DNA from: a virus
DNA: 64,000 nucleotides
Virus record (IMG/VR): IMGVR_UViG_3300026097_001200
Location: 1-64,000 of that record
Strand: one strand, 5' to 3'
Every line of letters starts with the position of its first letter. The first letter of the stretch is position 1. The notes below the pieces were generated by a model. The model was not told where the DNA came from. It worked only from the letters and a program-made list of their open reading frames with translations, and searched no databases. Position numbers and translations under genes: made by a program. Below are positions 18,320 through 26,997 of this stretch, piece by piece.

Positions 18320-18725
18320 TAGAATGATTTGGGTAACCTTTCAGAAAGAAGGTGTACATAGATACCCAGGTGCTGACACTGATCCAAAGCTGGCAACAGG
18401 CGACTGGGACGATGTTAGTTTCTTAGGATATCCGCATCGACATATTTTTCACTTCAGGGTGTGGATAGAAGTTTTTCATAATGATCGAGACATTGAGTTT
18501 ATTCAATTTAAACGCTGGTGTCAACGTCTATATGAGGAAGTAGAAAGCAGCACAGCAGTGCTAGAATTAGACTATAAAAGCTGCGAAATGATGGCTGACG
18601 ATCTTTATAAGCAGATTGCAAGTGAGTATCCAGGCCGAATTGTATGGATCGAAGTATCTGAGGATAACGAAAATGGTTGCTTTATTAAATATCAACAAAA
18701 ACAAGGAGACCAAGATCATGGCTAA
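18309..18725 (+). CDS. dpdL: QueD-paralogous T-fold protein, DpdL-type (putative CDG decarboxylase)
   Basis: LGYPHRHIF (LxxxHRHxF in place of QueD CxxxHGH), SCEMMA and VSEDNENG T-fold motifs. Confidence 0.7.
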   Translation: MTDNRMIWVTFQKEGVHRYPGADTDPKLATGDWDDVSFLGYPHRHIFHFRVWIEVFHNDRDIEFIQFKRWCQRLYEEVESSTAVLELDYKSCEMMADDLYKQIASEYPGRIVWIEVSEDNENGCFIKYQQKQGDQDHG

Positions 18726-18918
18726 AAGGTCACGAGCTCCGGCGATTCGAGACGTCTGGGAAGATCTCGACCGCTACTTAAATTTCTGTCGTACATTTGG
18801 CTATCGCTACGACGAAGCTGACCTGTATAACTGGAAAAGTTATGCATGGCAGCAGTACAACAAACACATCAATGGAAAACGTTGCAAGGACATGTGGTTC
18901 CTTGATACACCGAGGTAA
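18718..18918 (+). CDS. Small hypothetical protein
   Basis: AGGAG SD; DLDRYLNFCRTFGYRYDEADLY. Confidence 0.65.
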   Translation: MAKRSRAPAIRDVWEDLDRYLNFCRTFGYRYDEADLYNWKSYAWQQYNKHINGKRCKDMWFLDTPR

Positions 18919-18921
18919 CCA

Positions 18922-20124
18922 ATGCGCAAATTGTTCTACATGGGCCTTGAAAGCTATGAGGCCCGTTATACCCTACAACTAACCGAATGGAATCGCAGAG
19001 TATTCGAGCAACGTGGATTAGACGTTGTTTACGTATCAGGTGAAACCATTGACAACAGTCAAGCAATCAGTGTAGGGCAGGTGCTTGACGCACACGGACG
19101 CAGTTACTATTCAATGAGTCAGATGATGAATCTGGTGCAGATGATGCGCAACGGCGAGTGCGGTGGTGAAGATGTGATCTACTTTGAAGACATGTTTACA
19201 CCGGGTATCGAAAGCCTGCCTTATATTATTAATCAAATTCCCGAACAGGATCGACCACGTATATACGTGCGCTGTTTAGCACAAGCAATTGACCCAGATG
19301 ATTTTGTACATGTATGGGGCAATATGGCAGAATGGATGAGCACATACGAACGCATGGTCAATCAAATTCCTGGCATGCATGTTCTAGCAACAAACGAAGA
19401 AATGGTTGCACACATGCGGATTGCAGGATACACTGCACCCATCTACAACATATCAGGACTGGCGTTTGGCAAAGCAGAAGTGCAAGAACGCCTAGGCAAC
19501 CCTGTTGCAAAATTTGATCAGCGCAAAAAGCGTGTGGTATTTGCTGCACGGTTTGATCAAGAAAAGCAACCAGATTTCTACATGGATCTCATTGAGATGT
19601 TCTACAGTCAAGGTCCACGTGATGTAGAGTTTGCGGTGTTACAAGGTGGAGAGCTGCGAAGCAATAATCCACGGTACGTTGAACGTGCTCGTCAGTTAGA
19701 AGCAGAAGGCAAGTTAACAATTTATGAGAATCTCAAGAAAGATGAATACTATGATATTCTCAATGATTCTCGTGTGTTGTTCAACTGTGCACTTCAGGAC
19801 TGGGTAAGCAACACAGTAAGCGAAGCAGATGCACTTGGCTGTAATGTGGTTTATCCGGCATATCGCAGTTTCCCAGAAACGTTTGCAAATGACCCAGAGC
19901 GATTGTACGTGCCCTGGAGTATCGACGATGCATATCATAAAGTGCAAAACATGTTGTTTGCGCCGCATCATAACATGGGCTTGATATCGGATTGGAACAA
20001 TGGAACTATTGATCGTGTTATTGACATTATTACAGGCAACGGTGAACAGTGGAATCGTGCAGGGAACAGATACCGCGATCATGTTGCTAGATCAAAATAC
20101 CAAGTTGTAAAAGTTGAGGACTAG
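18922..20124 (+). CDS. GT-B (GT4-like) glycosyltransferase
   Basis: VFAARFDQEKQP and QDWVSNTVSEADALGC (D/E-x7-E) motifs, YRSFPE. Confidence 0.8.
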   Translation: MRKLFYMGLESYEARYTLQLTEWNRRVFEQRGLDVVYVSGETIDNSQAISVGQVLDAHGRSYYSMSQMMNLVQMMRNGECGGEDVIYFEDMFTPGIESLPYIINQIPEQDRPRIYVRCLAQAIDPDDFVHVWGNMAEWMSTYERMVNQIPGMHVLATNEEMVAHMRIAGYTAPIYNISGLAFGKAEVQERLGNPVAKFDQRKKRVVFAARFDQEKQPDFYMDLIEMFYSQGPRDVEFAVLQGGELRSNNPRYVERARQLEAEGKLTIYENLKKDEYYDILNDSRVLFNCALQDWVSNTVSEADALGCNVVYPAYRSFPETFANDPERLYVPWSIDDAYHKVQNMLFAPHHNMGLISDWNNGTIDRVIDIITGNGEQWNRAGNRYRDHVARSKYQVVKVED

Positions 20125-20125
20125 T

Positions 20126-21052
20126 ATGTCTAAAACAGTGTTAATAACAGGCGCTGGTGGCTATATTGGCGGACAGTGCATGCTAGAGTTTGAAGACGCA
20201 GGTTACCGTGTGCTTGGCTTGGACACAACGGGCAAAAACGGTTACAAATTAGACTATGGCGCACCGGAAGTAGCAGACTTCTTACTTAGCAATAAACCAG
20301 ATATAATTGTACACTGTGCCGCAACCAGCTTGGTTGGCCCTAGCATGCAGGATCCTGGTTCCTATTACAACAATAATGTGGCAAAAACCATCCAGTTTTT
20401 AGAGCAGATTCGCAACACTGTGCCCGACGCACACTTTGTGTTTGCCAGCAGTGCTGCTGTATACGGTGAACCAATGGACACTGAGTGGCTCTCTGAGAAA
20501 AGTGATGCAGTGCCAATAAGTCCGTACGGACGCAGTAAACAGATGATCGAGCAAGTACTCAAGGACTATGCTGACATTTATGGTATGAAGTCTACTTGTT
20601 TGCGATTCTTTAATGTATGCGGCGCTGATTTAAAACAACGGCACGGACAGACTGATGATGCAACACATATTATTCCTAGCATTATCAGAGCACTTAAACA
20701 AGGTAAGCCTGTGCAGATTAACGGCAACGATTATCGTGGCAAAGATGGTACCTGCACTAGAGATTACGTACATGTATGCGATGTTGCTTCAGCAGTAAGA
20801 AAGTGTACAGAAAACAAAGCATTTGGTATATACAACGTTGGCGGACCGCATGCATACACTGTGTTAGATATCGTACATGCGTTTGAAACAGTGCTAGGCA
20901 GATCTATAGAAATCAATTACGGGCCGCGCCGATCGGGCGATCCCGATGTGTTAAAAGCTGACACCGCTCTATTAGAGTCTTCGACAGAATGGACACCTAT
21001 ACATGACCTCAAAACTATGGCTGAAACCGCTTGGAGCTGGCATTCAAAGTAG
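20126..21052 (+). CDS. galE: UDP-glucose 4-epimerase-like SDR
   Basis: GAGGYIG, SSAAVYG, YGRSK, RFFNVCGA, DGTCTRDYVHV, RRSGD. Confidence 0.85.
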   Translation: MSKTVLITGAGGYIGGQCMLEFEDAGYRVLGLDTTGKNGYKLDYGAPEVADFLLSNKPDIIVHCAATSLVGPSMQDPGSYYNNNVAKTIQFLEQIRNTVPDAHFVFASSAAVYGEPMDTEWLSEKSDAVPISPYGRSKQMIEQVLKDYADIYGMKSTCLRFFNVCGADLKQRHGQTDDATHIIPSIIRALKQGKPVQINGNDYRGKDGTCTRDYVHVCDVASAVRKCTENKAFGIYNVGGPHAYTVLDIVHAFETVLGRSIEINYGPRRSGDPDVLKADTALLESSTEWTPIHDLKTMAETAWSWHSK

Positions 21053-21662
21053 ACCGCCTGCCACTATTAGCAATGCCAGTTTCGACAGTATACTTGCGTT
21101 TGAACAGCAATTAGCCAAATACACAGGTGCGCCATATGCTATAATGACTGATTGCTGCACACATGCTATTGAACTGTGCATGCGTTATGACAGTGTTGTG
21201 CAAACTGAATTTTCACCTTACACCTACATCAGTGTGCCAATGACCATGCACAAGCTTGGCATTAACTACACATATAACAATGAACAATGGACTGGCGAAT
21301 ATCAGTTTCATGGCACAAGAATTTGGGACAGTGCCAGGCTGTGTAAACGGTCTATGTATCGCCCAGGGATGATGCAGTGTTTGAGCTTCGGAAACGGCAA
21401 GCCGTTAGAGGCAGGGCACGGTGGTGCAATATTGCTAGACGATCAAACAGCATACAAAACCATGCTGAAACAACGATACGATGGCAGAGATCTCGATCAG
21501 CCATGGGGATCGCAAAAAACCATCTCAGTTGGTTATCATTATAAACCCAGTATAGAAGATGCTGTACATGCAAGCCATTTGCTGTCAGCAAACAATTTAC
21601 CACACGGCCAAGACGACTGGAAAAAATATCCAGATTGCAGACAAATAACTATAGAAGAGTGA
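21003..21662 (+). CDS. Short DegT/DnrJ/EryC1/StrS-family PLP aminotransferase
   Basis: FEQQLAKYTG, TDCCTHAI, DSA, SFGNGKPL..GHGGAIL; C-terminal domain absent; start uncertain. Confidence 0.75.
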   Translation: MTSKLWLKPLGAGIQSRPPATISNASFDSILAFEQQLAKYTGAPYAIMTDCCTHAIELCMRYDSVVQTEFSPYTYISVPMTMHKLGINYTYNNEQWTGEYQFHGTRIWDSARLCKRSMYRPGMMQCLSFGNGKPLEAGHGGAILLDDQTAYKTMLKQRYDGRDLDQPWGSQKTISVGYHYKPSIEDAVHASHLLSANNLPHGQDDWKKYPDCRQITIEE

Positions 21663-21663
21663 T

Positions 21664-22578
21664 ATGAAAATACTAGTAACAGGACATTCAGGATTTATCG
21701 GGTCGCACATTTGCCCACAACTAGAAGCACAAGGGCACACTGTGTATAAACTCAAAAATGATCTACTTGACTATGCAGACGTTAGCGACGAAGTATACAC
21801 GCTAGACCCAGATGTAATTGTGCATCTTGGAGCACGAACAGAAGTAGGCAAAAGTTTTTATGAGCCAATTGCATTTAGTCAAGTAAATTACGTTGGCACA
21901 GTAAATCTGGTAAATGCCGCAGTCAAACTGAAAAATTTAAAATGTTTTATCTTTGCTAGCACAATGGAAGTATACGGATGGCAGCCGGTTAGTGATGAAA
22001 TACGAAACGGACATATGCCTAACACAATGCCGGTGTTCACCGAAGACACTGTGCCACATCCAAATGCACCTTATGCTGTAGCAAAACATGCATGCGAAAA
22101 GTACATAGAATATGCACATCGAAGTTTTGGATTGCCCAGTGCTATGGTAAGACAGACCAATACCTATGGTCGCAAAGACAATGACTTTTTTGTTGTAGAG
22201 CAGATTATTACACAGATGCTGAACAATCCACAAGAAATCAAACTAGGATACCAGCACCCATGGCGCAACTTTTTATACATCGACGATATGATCAACATGT
22301 GGATCAGCCTGATAAACAATGTCGACAGCATAGACGACGCAGAGTTGTTCACAATTGGTCCGGCAAATGCACTTAGCATCGAGTCTCTTGCAGAGACTAT
22401 AGCAGATAAATTAAACTGGCAAGGTACTATTAAATGGAACGAAAAACCACCAAGGCCGGGCGAAATTTTCTTGCTTAACAGCGGTTATGAAAAAATAGAG
22501 CGTTTTACTGGTTGGAAACCAGAAGTAGACTTAGACAAAGGATTAGACTTGACCATAAATATTTGGGACAACAAATAA
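21664..22578 (+). CDS. NAD-dependent nucleotide-sugar epimerase/dehydratase
   Basis: GHSGFIG, STMEVYG, YAVAK, NTYG, RNFLYIDD, RPGE. Confidence 0.85.
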   Translation: MKILVTGHSGFIGSHICPQLEAQGHTVYKLKNDLLDYADVSDEVYTLDPDVIVHLGARTEVGKSFYEPIAFSQVNYVGTVNLVNAAVKLKNLKCFIFASTMEVYGWQPVSDEIRNGHMPNTMPVFTEDTVPHPNAPYAVAKHACEKYIEYAHRSFGLPSAMVRQTNTYGRKDNDFFVVEQIITQMLNNPQEIKLGYQHPWRNFLYIDDMINMWISLINNVDSIDDAELFTIGPANALSIESLAETIADKLNWQGTIKWNEKPPRPGEIFLLNSGYEKIERFTGWKPEVDLDKGLDLTINIWDNK

Positions 22579-22586
22579 GGTCAAAA

Positions 22587-24545
22587 ATGAAACATAACAT
22601 TTATCTGTTCCAAGCACAATACAGTATATCAATCAAAGGCAACCCAGCATATTGGCTGCCTTACAGTGTAGGATGTATTTGGTCATATGCGCAACAGTTT
22701 GAAACTGTTACAGATAATTATAATCTTGCAGGATTAGGTTTTAGAAGAGAACCGCCAGAGCAAGTTGTTGCAAAAATGGACAATCCTGTTATTGCCTGTT
22801 TCAGTTGTTATGTATGGAATGAAAAGTGGAGTTTAGCAACAGCCAAGGCTGTTAAAGATGCTTATCCTGATTGCAAGATCATTTTTGGTGGACCGCAAAC
22901 AACTATTAATATGCCACTTCAATATCCTTTTATTGATTCTGTAATAGTTAGCGAAGGCGAACTAAGTTTTGTACAACTGCTAGACGACTATCGTCTAACT
23001 GGTCGAATTGAGCCAGTGTATAAATCGGAACGAGTAAAAGACCTCGACTTTCCAAGTCCTTATACAATCAAACTGTTTGATCAGTTAATTGAAGATAACC
23101 CTGGCGCAGAATGGAATATGACATTTGAAACCAATAGAGGTTGCCCTTATTCATGTACATTCTGCGACTGGGGCGGTCTAACCATGAGTAAAATCAAAGT
23201 ATTTTCAATGGAAAGGGTAAAAGCTGATCTTAATTGGGCAATTGATAAACCAGTCACCTATTTGATTTGCGCAGATGCAAACTTTGGCATCTTTAAAGAT
23301 AGAGATGTAGAGATTGCCGAGCATATTGTAAAAGTTGCCGATCAAGGAATGTTAGGAGCTGTGAATTTACAATACGCAAAAAATAGCACAGATGTAGTAT
23401 ACGATATAGGTAAAAAACTAGGCAAACTAGGTCGTGGTATTACTATGAGCATGCAAAGCATGAATCCTGATACCCTTAAAGCTATTAAACGTGATAACAT
23501 GCGTATCAATCAGATGACCGACATTATGAAACACAGTGACAGAACTGGTGTGATTACCTATACCGAAGTAATTTTAGGGTTGCCACTGGAAACACTTGAA
23601 AGCTGGAAGCAGGGTTTAGCAGATATATTAGAAATGGGACAACACAATGCTATTGATATGTGGTTTGCCCAAACACTCAAGGGTGCAGCATTAGGCACAG
23701 AAGAAGATCGTCAAAAATATGGCATTGAGACTCAGGTGGTTAAAGATTACTATCCATTGTATCACCCTGATGATTGGAGAGAAATTGAAGAAGAGATCGA
23801 AATCGTTGTTGCTACAAACACAATGTCTAGAAACGATTTAATCGAAGCATATATGTATGCCTGGATGATTATACAACTTCATGCAGCCGGGTATACACAA
23901 GTCATCGCTCGCTATTGCCGTGAAATACACGGTGTAGATTTTAGAACTTTTTACGACGATATCTGGAATAAACTACAGTCAGAAGAATGGGTTGGACCAC
24001 ATTTTGTCAAACTGAAAAATGTAGTAGATCATTATATGAAAACCGGAGAGCTACTAGAAGACGAAACGTTAAAAGGCGGCGCTAAAGGTCACGGAATTCA
24101 CAGCATGAGCTATTACTTTATATATCATAATAAAGATAAGTTTTTTGAACTGGCTATTGACACAGCTAGAAAATTTGCTCCTAGATTAGATCCTAATTTA
24201 CTGGACCTCCAAAAAGCAAAGATTTTTGATCCTACATACTCGTACCCGCTAACAATAGATGCAGAGTTTGATTTAACTACTTACACACCTGTGCATAGTG
24301 TTGTTAGTGTAATGCCAAAAGTTAACGAAAATAAACTGTCTGATATAAAGGAAAAGCTAGATGCTAACGAAAGAGGGGAAAATTTACAAGAAAAAATATC
24401 TTTAGACATGTATTATTTACGCAGGCAAGGTCTAATTAAAACTGATATTTCTTCCCAACCTCGTATAGAAGATGGCTACGCTACCCAAACTGATCATTGG
24501 CCCAATGACAACAAAAAAAATTATCTACTTGACAACGCTGTCTAA
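22587..24545 (+). CDS. Cobalamin-binding (class B) radical SAM enzyme
   Basis: FSCYVWN, IIFGGP, SEGE, RGCPYSCTFC, DANFG, ILGLP.ET. Confidence 0.85.
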   Translation: MKHNIYLFQAQYSISIKGNPAYWLPYSVGCIWSYAQQFETVTDNYNLAGLGFRREPPEQVVAKMDNPVIACFSCYVWNEKWSLATAKAVKDAYPDCKIIFGGPQTTINMPLQYPFIDSVIVSEGELSFVQLLDDYRLTGRIEPVYKSERVKDLDFPSPYTIKLFDQLIEDNPGAEWNMTFETNRGCPYSCTFCDWGGLTMSKIKVFSMERVKADLNWAIDKPVTYLICADANFGIFKDRDVEIAEHIVKVADQGMLGAVNLQYAKNSTDVVYDIGKKLGKLGRGITMSMQSMNPDTLKAIKRDNMRINQMTDIMKHSDRTGVITYTEVILGLPLETLESWKQGLADILEMGQHNAIDMWFAQTLKGAALGTEEDRQKYGIETQVVKDYYPLYHPDDWREIEEEIEIVVATNTMSRNDLIEAYMYAWMIIQLHAAGYTQVIARYCREIHGVDFRTFYDDIWNKLQSEEWVGPHFVKLKNVVDHYMKTGELLEDETLKGGAKGHGIHSMSYYFIYHNKDKFFELAIDTARKFAPRLDPNLLDLQKAKIFDPTYSYPLTIDAEFDLTTYTPVHSVVSVMPKVNENKLSDIKEKLDANERGENLQEKISLDMYYLRRQGLIKTDISSQPRIEDGYATQTDHWPNDNKKNYLLDNAV

Positions 24546-24557
24546 ATACCATACTAT
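24529..24557 (+). promoter_or_regulatory. sigma70 promoter with nested late motif for folE
   Basis: TTGACA-N17-TACTAT; CTAAATA at 24542-24548. Confidence 0.7.
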
Positions 24558-24606
24558 ATTAACTTAATATAGTTCGAGACATCCTCGTCTATAACTCGGA
24601 GAAACA

Positions 24607-25302
24607 ATGAAGAAATACGAAGAAATTATCGAACGCTGTAAGAACGCAGACAAGCGTTACTGGGCTAGCGACAACATTGCTCGCTTGCTACAGAGCGGCG
24701 ACAAAGAACAACTAATTGATGAAGCTACAGAGGCTTTTGAAACTGTGCTAGACACACTAGTGATTGATCGACATACTGATCCTAATTCAAAAGGTACAGC
24801 ACGTCGACTGGCTAAGATGTACTTTAATGAATTGCTTGCCGGCCGCTATGACTATCGTCCTAATGCCACAGCATTTCCTAACGAGGCTGATCACATCACA
24901 AATGACAAATATGACGGCATGCTTGTGGTACGTAGTGAACTTAAGAGTGTGTGTTCACATCATCATCAGCCTGTTACAGGTGTTGCATATATTGGTATTA
25001 TTGCCGCTGATACACTTATTGGCCTTTCTAAATACACACGTATTGCACAATGGTGCGCTCGTCGCGGTACATTGCAAGAAGAACTTGCTATGGACATTGC
25101 CCGTGAGATTATTAGTGCAACAGGAAGCACTGATGTAGGTGTTTATATTCAAGCAACACACGGCTGTTGCGAAAACCGAGGCATCATGGCGCACAGCAGT
25201 CTAACACAGACAACTGTGTTAAAAGGTGCGTTCAAGGACGATCCTGCTACCAAGAAAGAGTTCATGGATAATATCAAACTACAACAGGAGTTTGCTTGCT
25301 AA
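24607..25302 (+). CDS. folE: GTP cyclohydrolase I
   Basis: SVCSHHHQP, GLSKYTR, LQEE, ATHGCCENRG. Confidence 0.95.
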   Translation: MKKYEEIIERCKNADKRYWASDNIARLLQSGDKEQLIDEATEAFETVLDTLVIDRHTDPNSKGTARRLAKMYFNELLAGRYDYRPNATAFPNEADHITNDKYDGMLVVRSELKSVCSHHHQPVTGVAYIGIIAADTLIGLSKYTRIAQWCARRGTLQEELAMDIAREIISATGSTDVGVYIQATHGCCENRGIMAHSSLTQTTVLKGAFKDDPATKKEFMDNIKLQQEFAC

Positions 25303-25403
25303 TGAATGATTTAGATGCCGTTGCTGTTTACATGGCAAAAGGGTTAATTGTTTGTGCACTGGCGTTAGGAATGATAGGGCTTGTGCAGGATTTTATGCTA
25401 TAA
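25302..25403 (+). CDS. 33-aa hydrophobic peptide (MNDLDAVAVYMAKGLIVCALALGMIGLVQDFML)
   Basis: TAATG-coupled to folE; fills the gap; single TM-like stretch. Confidence 0.5.
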   Translation: MNDLDAVAVYMAKGLIVCALALGMIGLVQDFML

Positions 25404-25426
25404 GTTTTACCTGAGAGAATACAAGA

Positions 25427-25744
25427 ATGAAATATGCAGTAAAAGTTCCAATGCCAGAAGATGATTGGCTATTTGTCACTCGTGAGGGACCCGACGGTCC
25501 GGAAATGGTTTTATATGATTCTAGAGAAGAAGCAGAGGAACAGGCAAAAATTTGGAACGGCAATGCAGAAGTTGTTGAATACACTTCTCATAGCACAGTT
25601 GCACTAGAAGAAGATGAAAACGGAGATTTGATTCTTCCTTTACCAGAGCATTTATTATCACAACTAGGATGGACCGAAGGTACACAGTTAGAGTGGATTG
25701 ACAACGAAAATGGTACCTTTTCCTTATCAAAAAAAGATGACTGA
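25427..25744 (+). CDS. Protein with C-terminal AbrB/MazE-like domain
   Basis: DLILPLPEHLLSQLGWTEGTQLEW. Confidence 0.6.
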   Translation: MKYAVKVPMPEDDWLFVTREGPDGPEMVLYDSREEAEEQAKIWNGNAEVVEYTSHSTVALEEDENGDLILPLPEHLLSQLGWTEGTQLEWIDNENGTFSLSKKDD

Positions 25745-25961
25745 CATTTTTATATTTTATACCAAAGGCCGGCGGCCACAAAAAATTACTGCAAACAATC
25801 ACATCGAAGCATGCGAAAAGTTTTACCAGAAAAACCCAGACTTTCATTTAAGTGAATTAAAAAACATCGAAAATGTACCTGCAAAAAAGGAAAGCAAATG
25901 GCTGACACATTACAAACCGCACAAGAAGACGGAAGAGCACCTTGGCAAGACGAAGTCCTAG
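25737..25961 (+). CDS. Small hypothetical protein
   Basis: Overlap-coupled ORF; ATG at 25737. Confidence 0.45.
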   Translation: MTDIFIFYTKGRRPQKITANNHIEACEKFYQKNPDFHLSELKNIENVPAKKESKWLTHYKPHKKTEEHLGKTKS

Positions 25962-26311
25962 ATACCAAGGATTTTGTTGTATACAATGACGGCTTTCCGG
26001 TAACTCCGGGGCATACACTGATTGTGCCAAAATCAGCTGACCTTGCATCTATTAACAAATGTTTTAGGTACGCACTGGAAATGGGCAATAAAAATGTGGA
26101 CAGCGATGCAAACAATGTCACTGGATACAATGTAGGTATTAACATGGGCGAAAGTGCAGGGCAAACCTGCATGTACCCGCATGTGCATCTTATTTTACGC
26201 AGGGACGGTGATGTGGAAAACCCTCGTGGAGGGATCCGACATTGTGTACCAGGCCAAGGCGATTATACAAAAACACCGGAAGATATCGAAGTTGACCCAG
26301 CCGGGTGCTAA
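25898..26311 (+). CDS. HIT family nucleotide hydrolase
   Basis: FPVTPGHTLIVPK, GINMGESAGQT, YPHVHLI. Confidence 0.9.
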   Translation: MADTLQTAQEDGRAPWQDEVLDTKDFVVYNDGFPVTPGHTLIVPKSADLASINKCFRYALEMGNKNVDSDANNVTGYNVGINMGESAGQTCMYPHVHLILRRDGDVENPRGGIRHCVPGQGDYTKTPEDIEVDPAGC

Positions 26312-26330
26312 ATATCTCCACATCAAATGC

Positions 26331-26394
26331 AGTGGCCTTGGCGTCATCCCACTTTAAAGATTCTGCTGCCATCAAACTTACTCATAAGGAGGCA
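26331..26394 (+). ncRNA. Candidate preQ1-I-like riboswitch variant upstream of queD
   Basis: AGUGG/CCACU 5-bp P1, 13-nt loop CCUUGGCGUCAUC, UUAAA tail; loop complementary to GCCA (26368-71) and to SD AAGG (26386-89); CTAAATA at 26308. Confidence 0.55.
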
Positions 26395-26398
26395 AGAG

Positions 26399-26983
26399 AT
26401 GGGTATTAAAATTAAATCAACAAAAGTATACAAGTATCTACCATGCGGTCACGCACAGTATTTTGATCGCGAAGCAGATGGATCGCCTGGCGAATGTGCC
26501 AGCGTTCACGGATATGATCGCAGTGTGGAATTTACATTCGCAGGAGATATTGACGAAATGGGGTGGATTGTGCCTTTTGGCGAATTAAAAGACGTCAAAA
26601 CATTTTTAGAATACTATTTCGATCATGTCACAGTTCTTCCTGCAAACGATCCAAGACTAGATCAAATCACAGAAGAACTCACAGTGCCAGGCGGACTGTT
26701 GGGTACACTCCGTGTGTTGCCAAGCGGTGTAAGCATGGAGATGAGCAGTGTGTTTATCTGGGAGCATGTTAATCACTATATCTATAAAATAACGAATGGT
26801 CGTTGTTATGTAGAGCAGGTGCGTGTTTACGAACATGATCGCAATGACGCTATGTGCGAAGTAGACGAAGCAACAGCACGAGCAGATGCACAGCGTAAAA
26901 TGTCTTTAGGTGGGACACTGCCTATGAAATCCCATTGGGATTGGGAAGCACCTCAAGACCTAATAAACAGACTTAACACGTAA
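26399..26983 (+). CDS. queD: 6-carboxy-5,6,7,8-tetrahydropterin synthase
   Basis: CGHAQ, CASVHGY, FDH, SMEM, VRVYEHDRN; AAGGAGG SD before ATG at 26399. Confidence 0.85.
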   Translation: MGIKIKSTKVYKYLPCGHAQYFDREADGSPGECASVHGYDRSVEFTFAGDIDEMGWIVPFGELKDVKTFLEYYFDHVTVLPANDPRLDQITEELTVPGGLLGTLRVLPSGVSMEMSSVFIWEHVNHYIYKITNGRCYVEQVRVYEHDRNDAMCEVDEATARADAQRKMSLGGTLPMKSHWDWEAPQDLINRLNT

Positions 26984-26997
26984 TTGACAAGGACAAT

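Noticed and set aside
21003-21100. Frameshift at the start of the DegT-like gene
   Set aside because: An out-of-frame ATG lies near the expected start, but the in-frame ATG at 21003 gives an intact ORF; cannot be decided without homologues.
25427-25961. Toxin-antitoxin pair (AbrB/MazE plus downstream ORF)
   Set aside because: The downstream ORF shows no MazF, PIN or other toxin motif; AbrB-like genes are commonly solo in T4-like phages.
26327-26398. N-terminal extension of QueD given by the ORF track
   Set aside because: Strong AAGGAGG SD precedes ATG 26399; the upstream part is better explained as an RNA leader.
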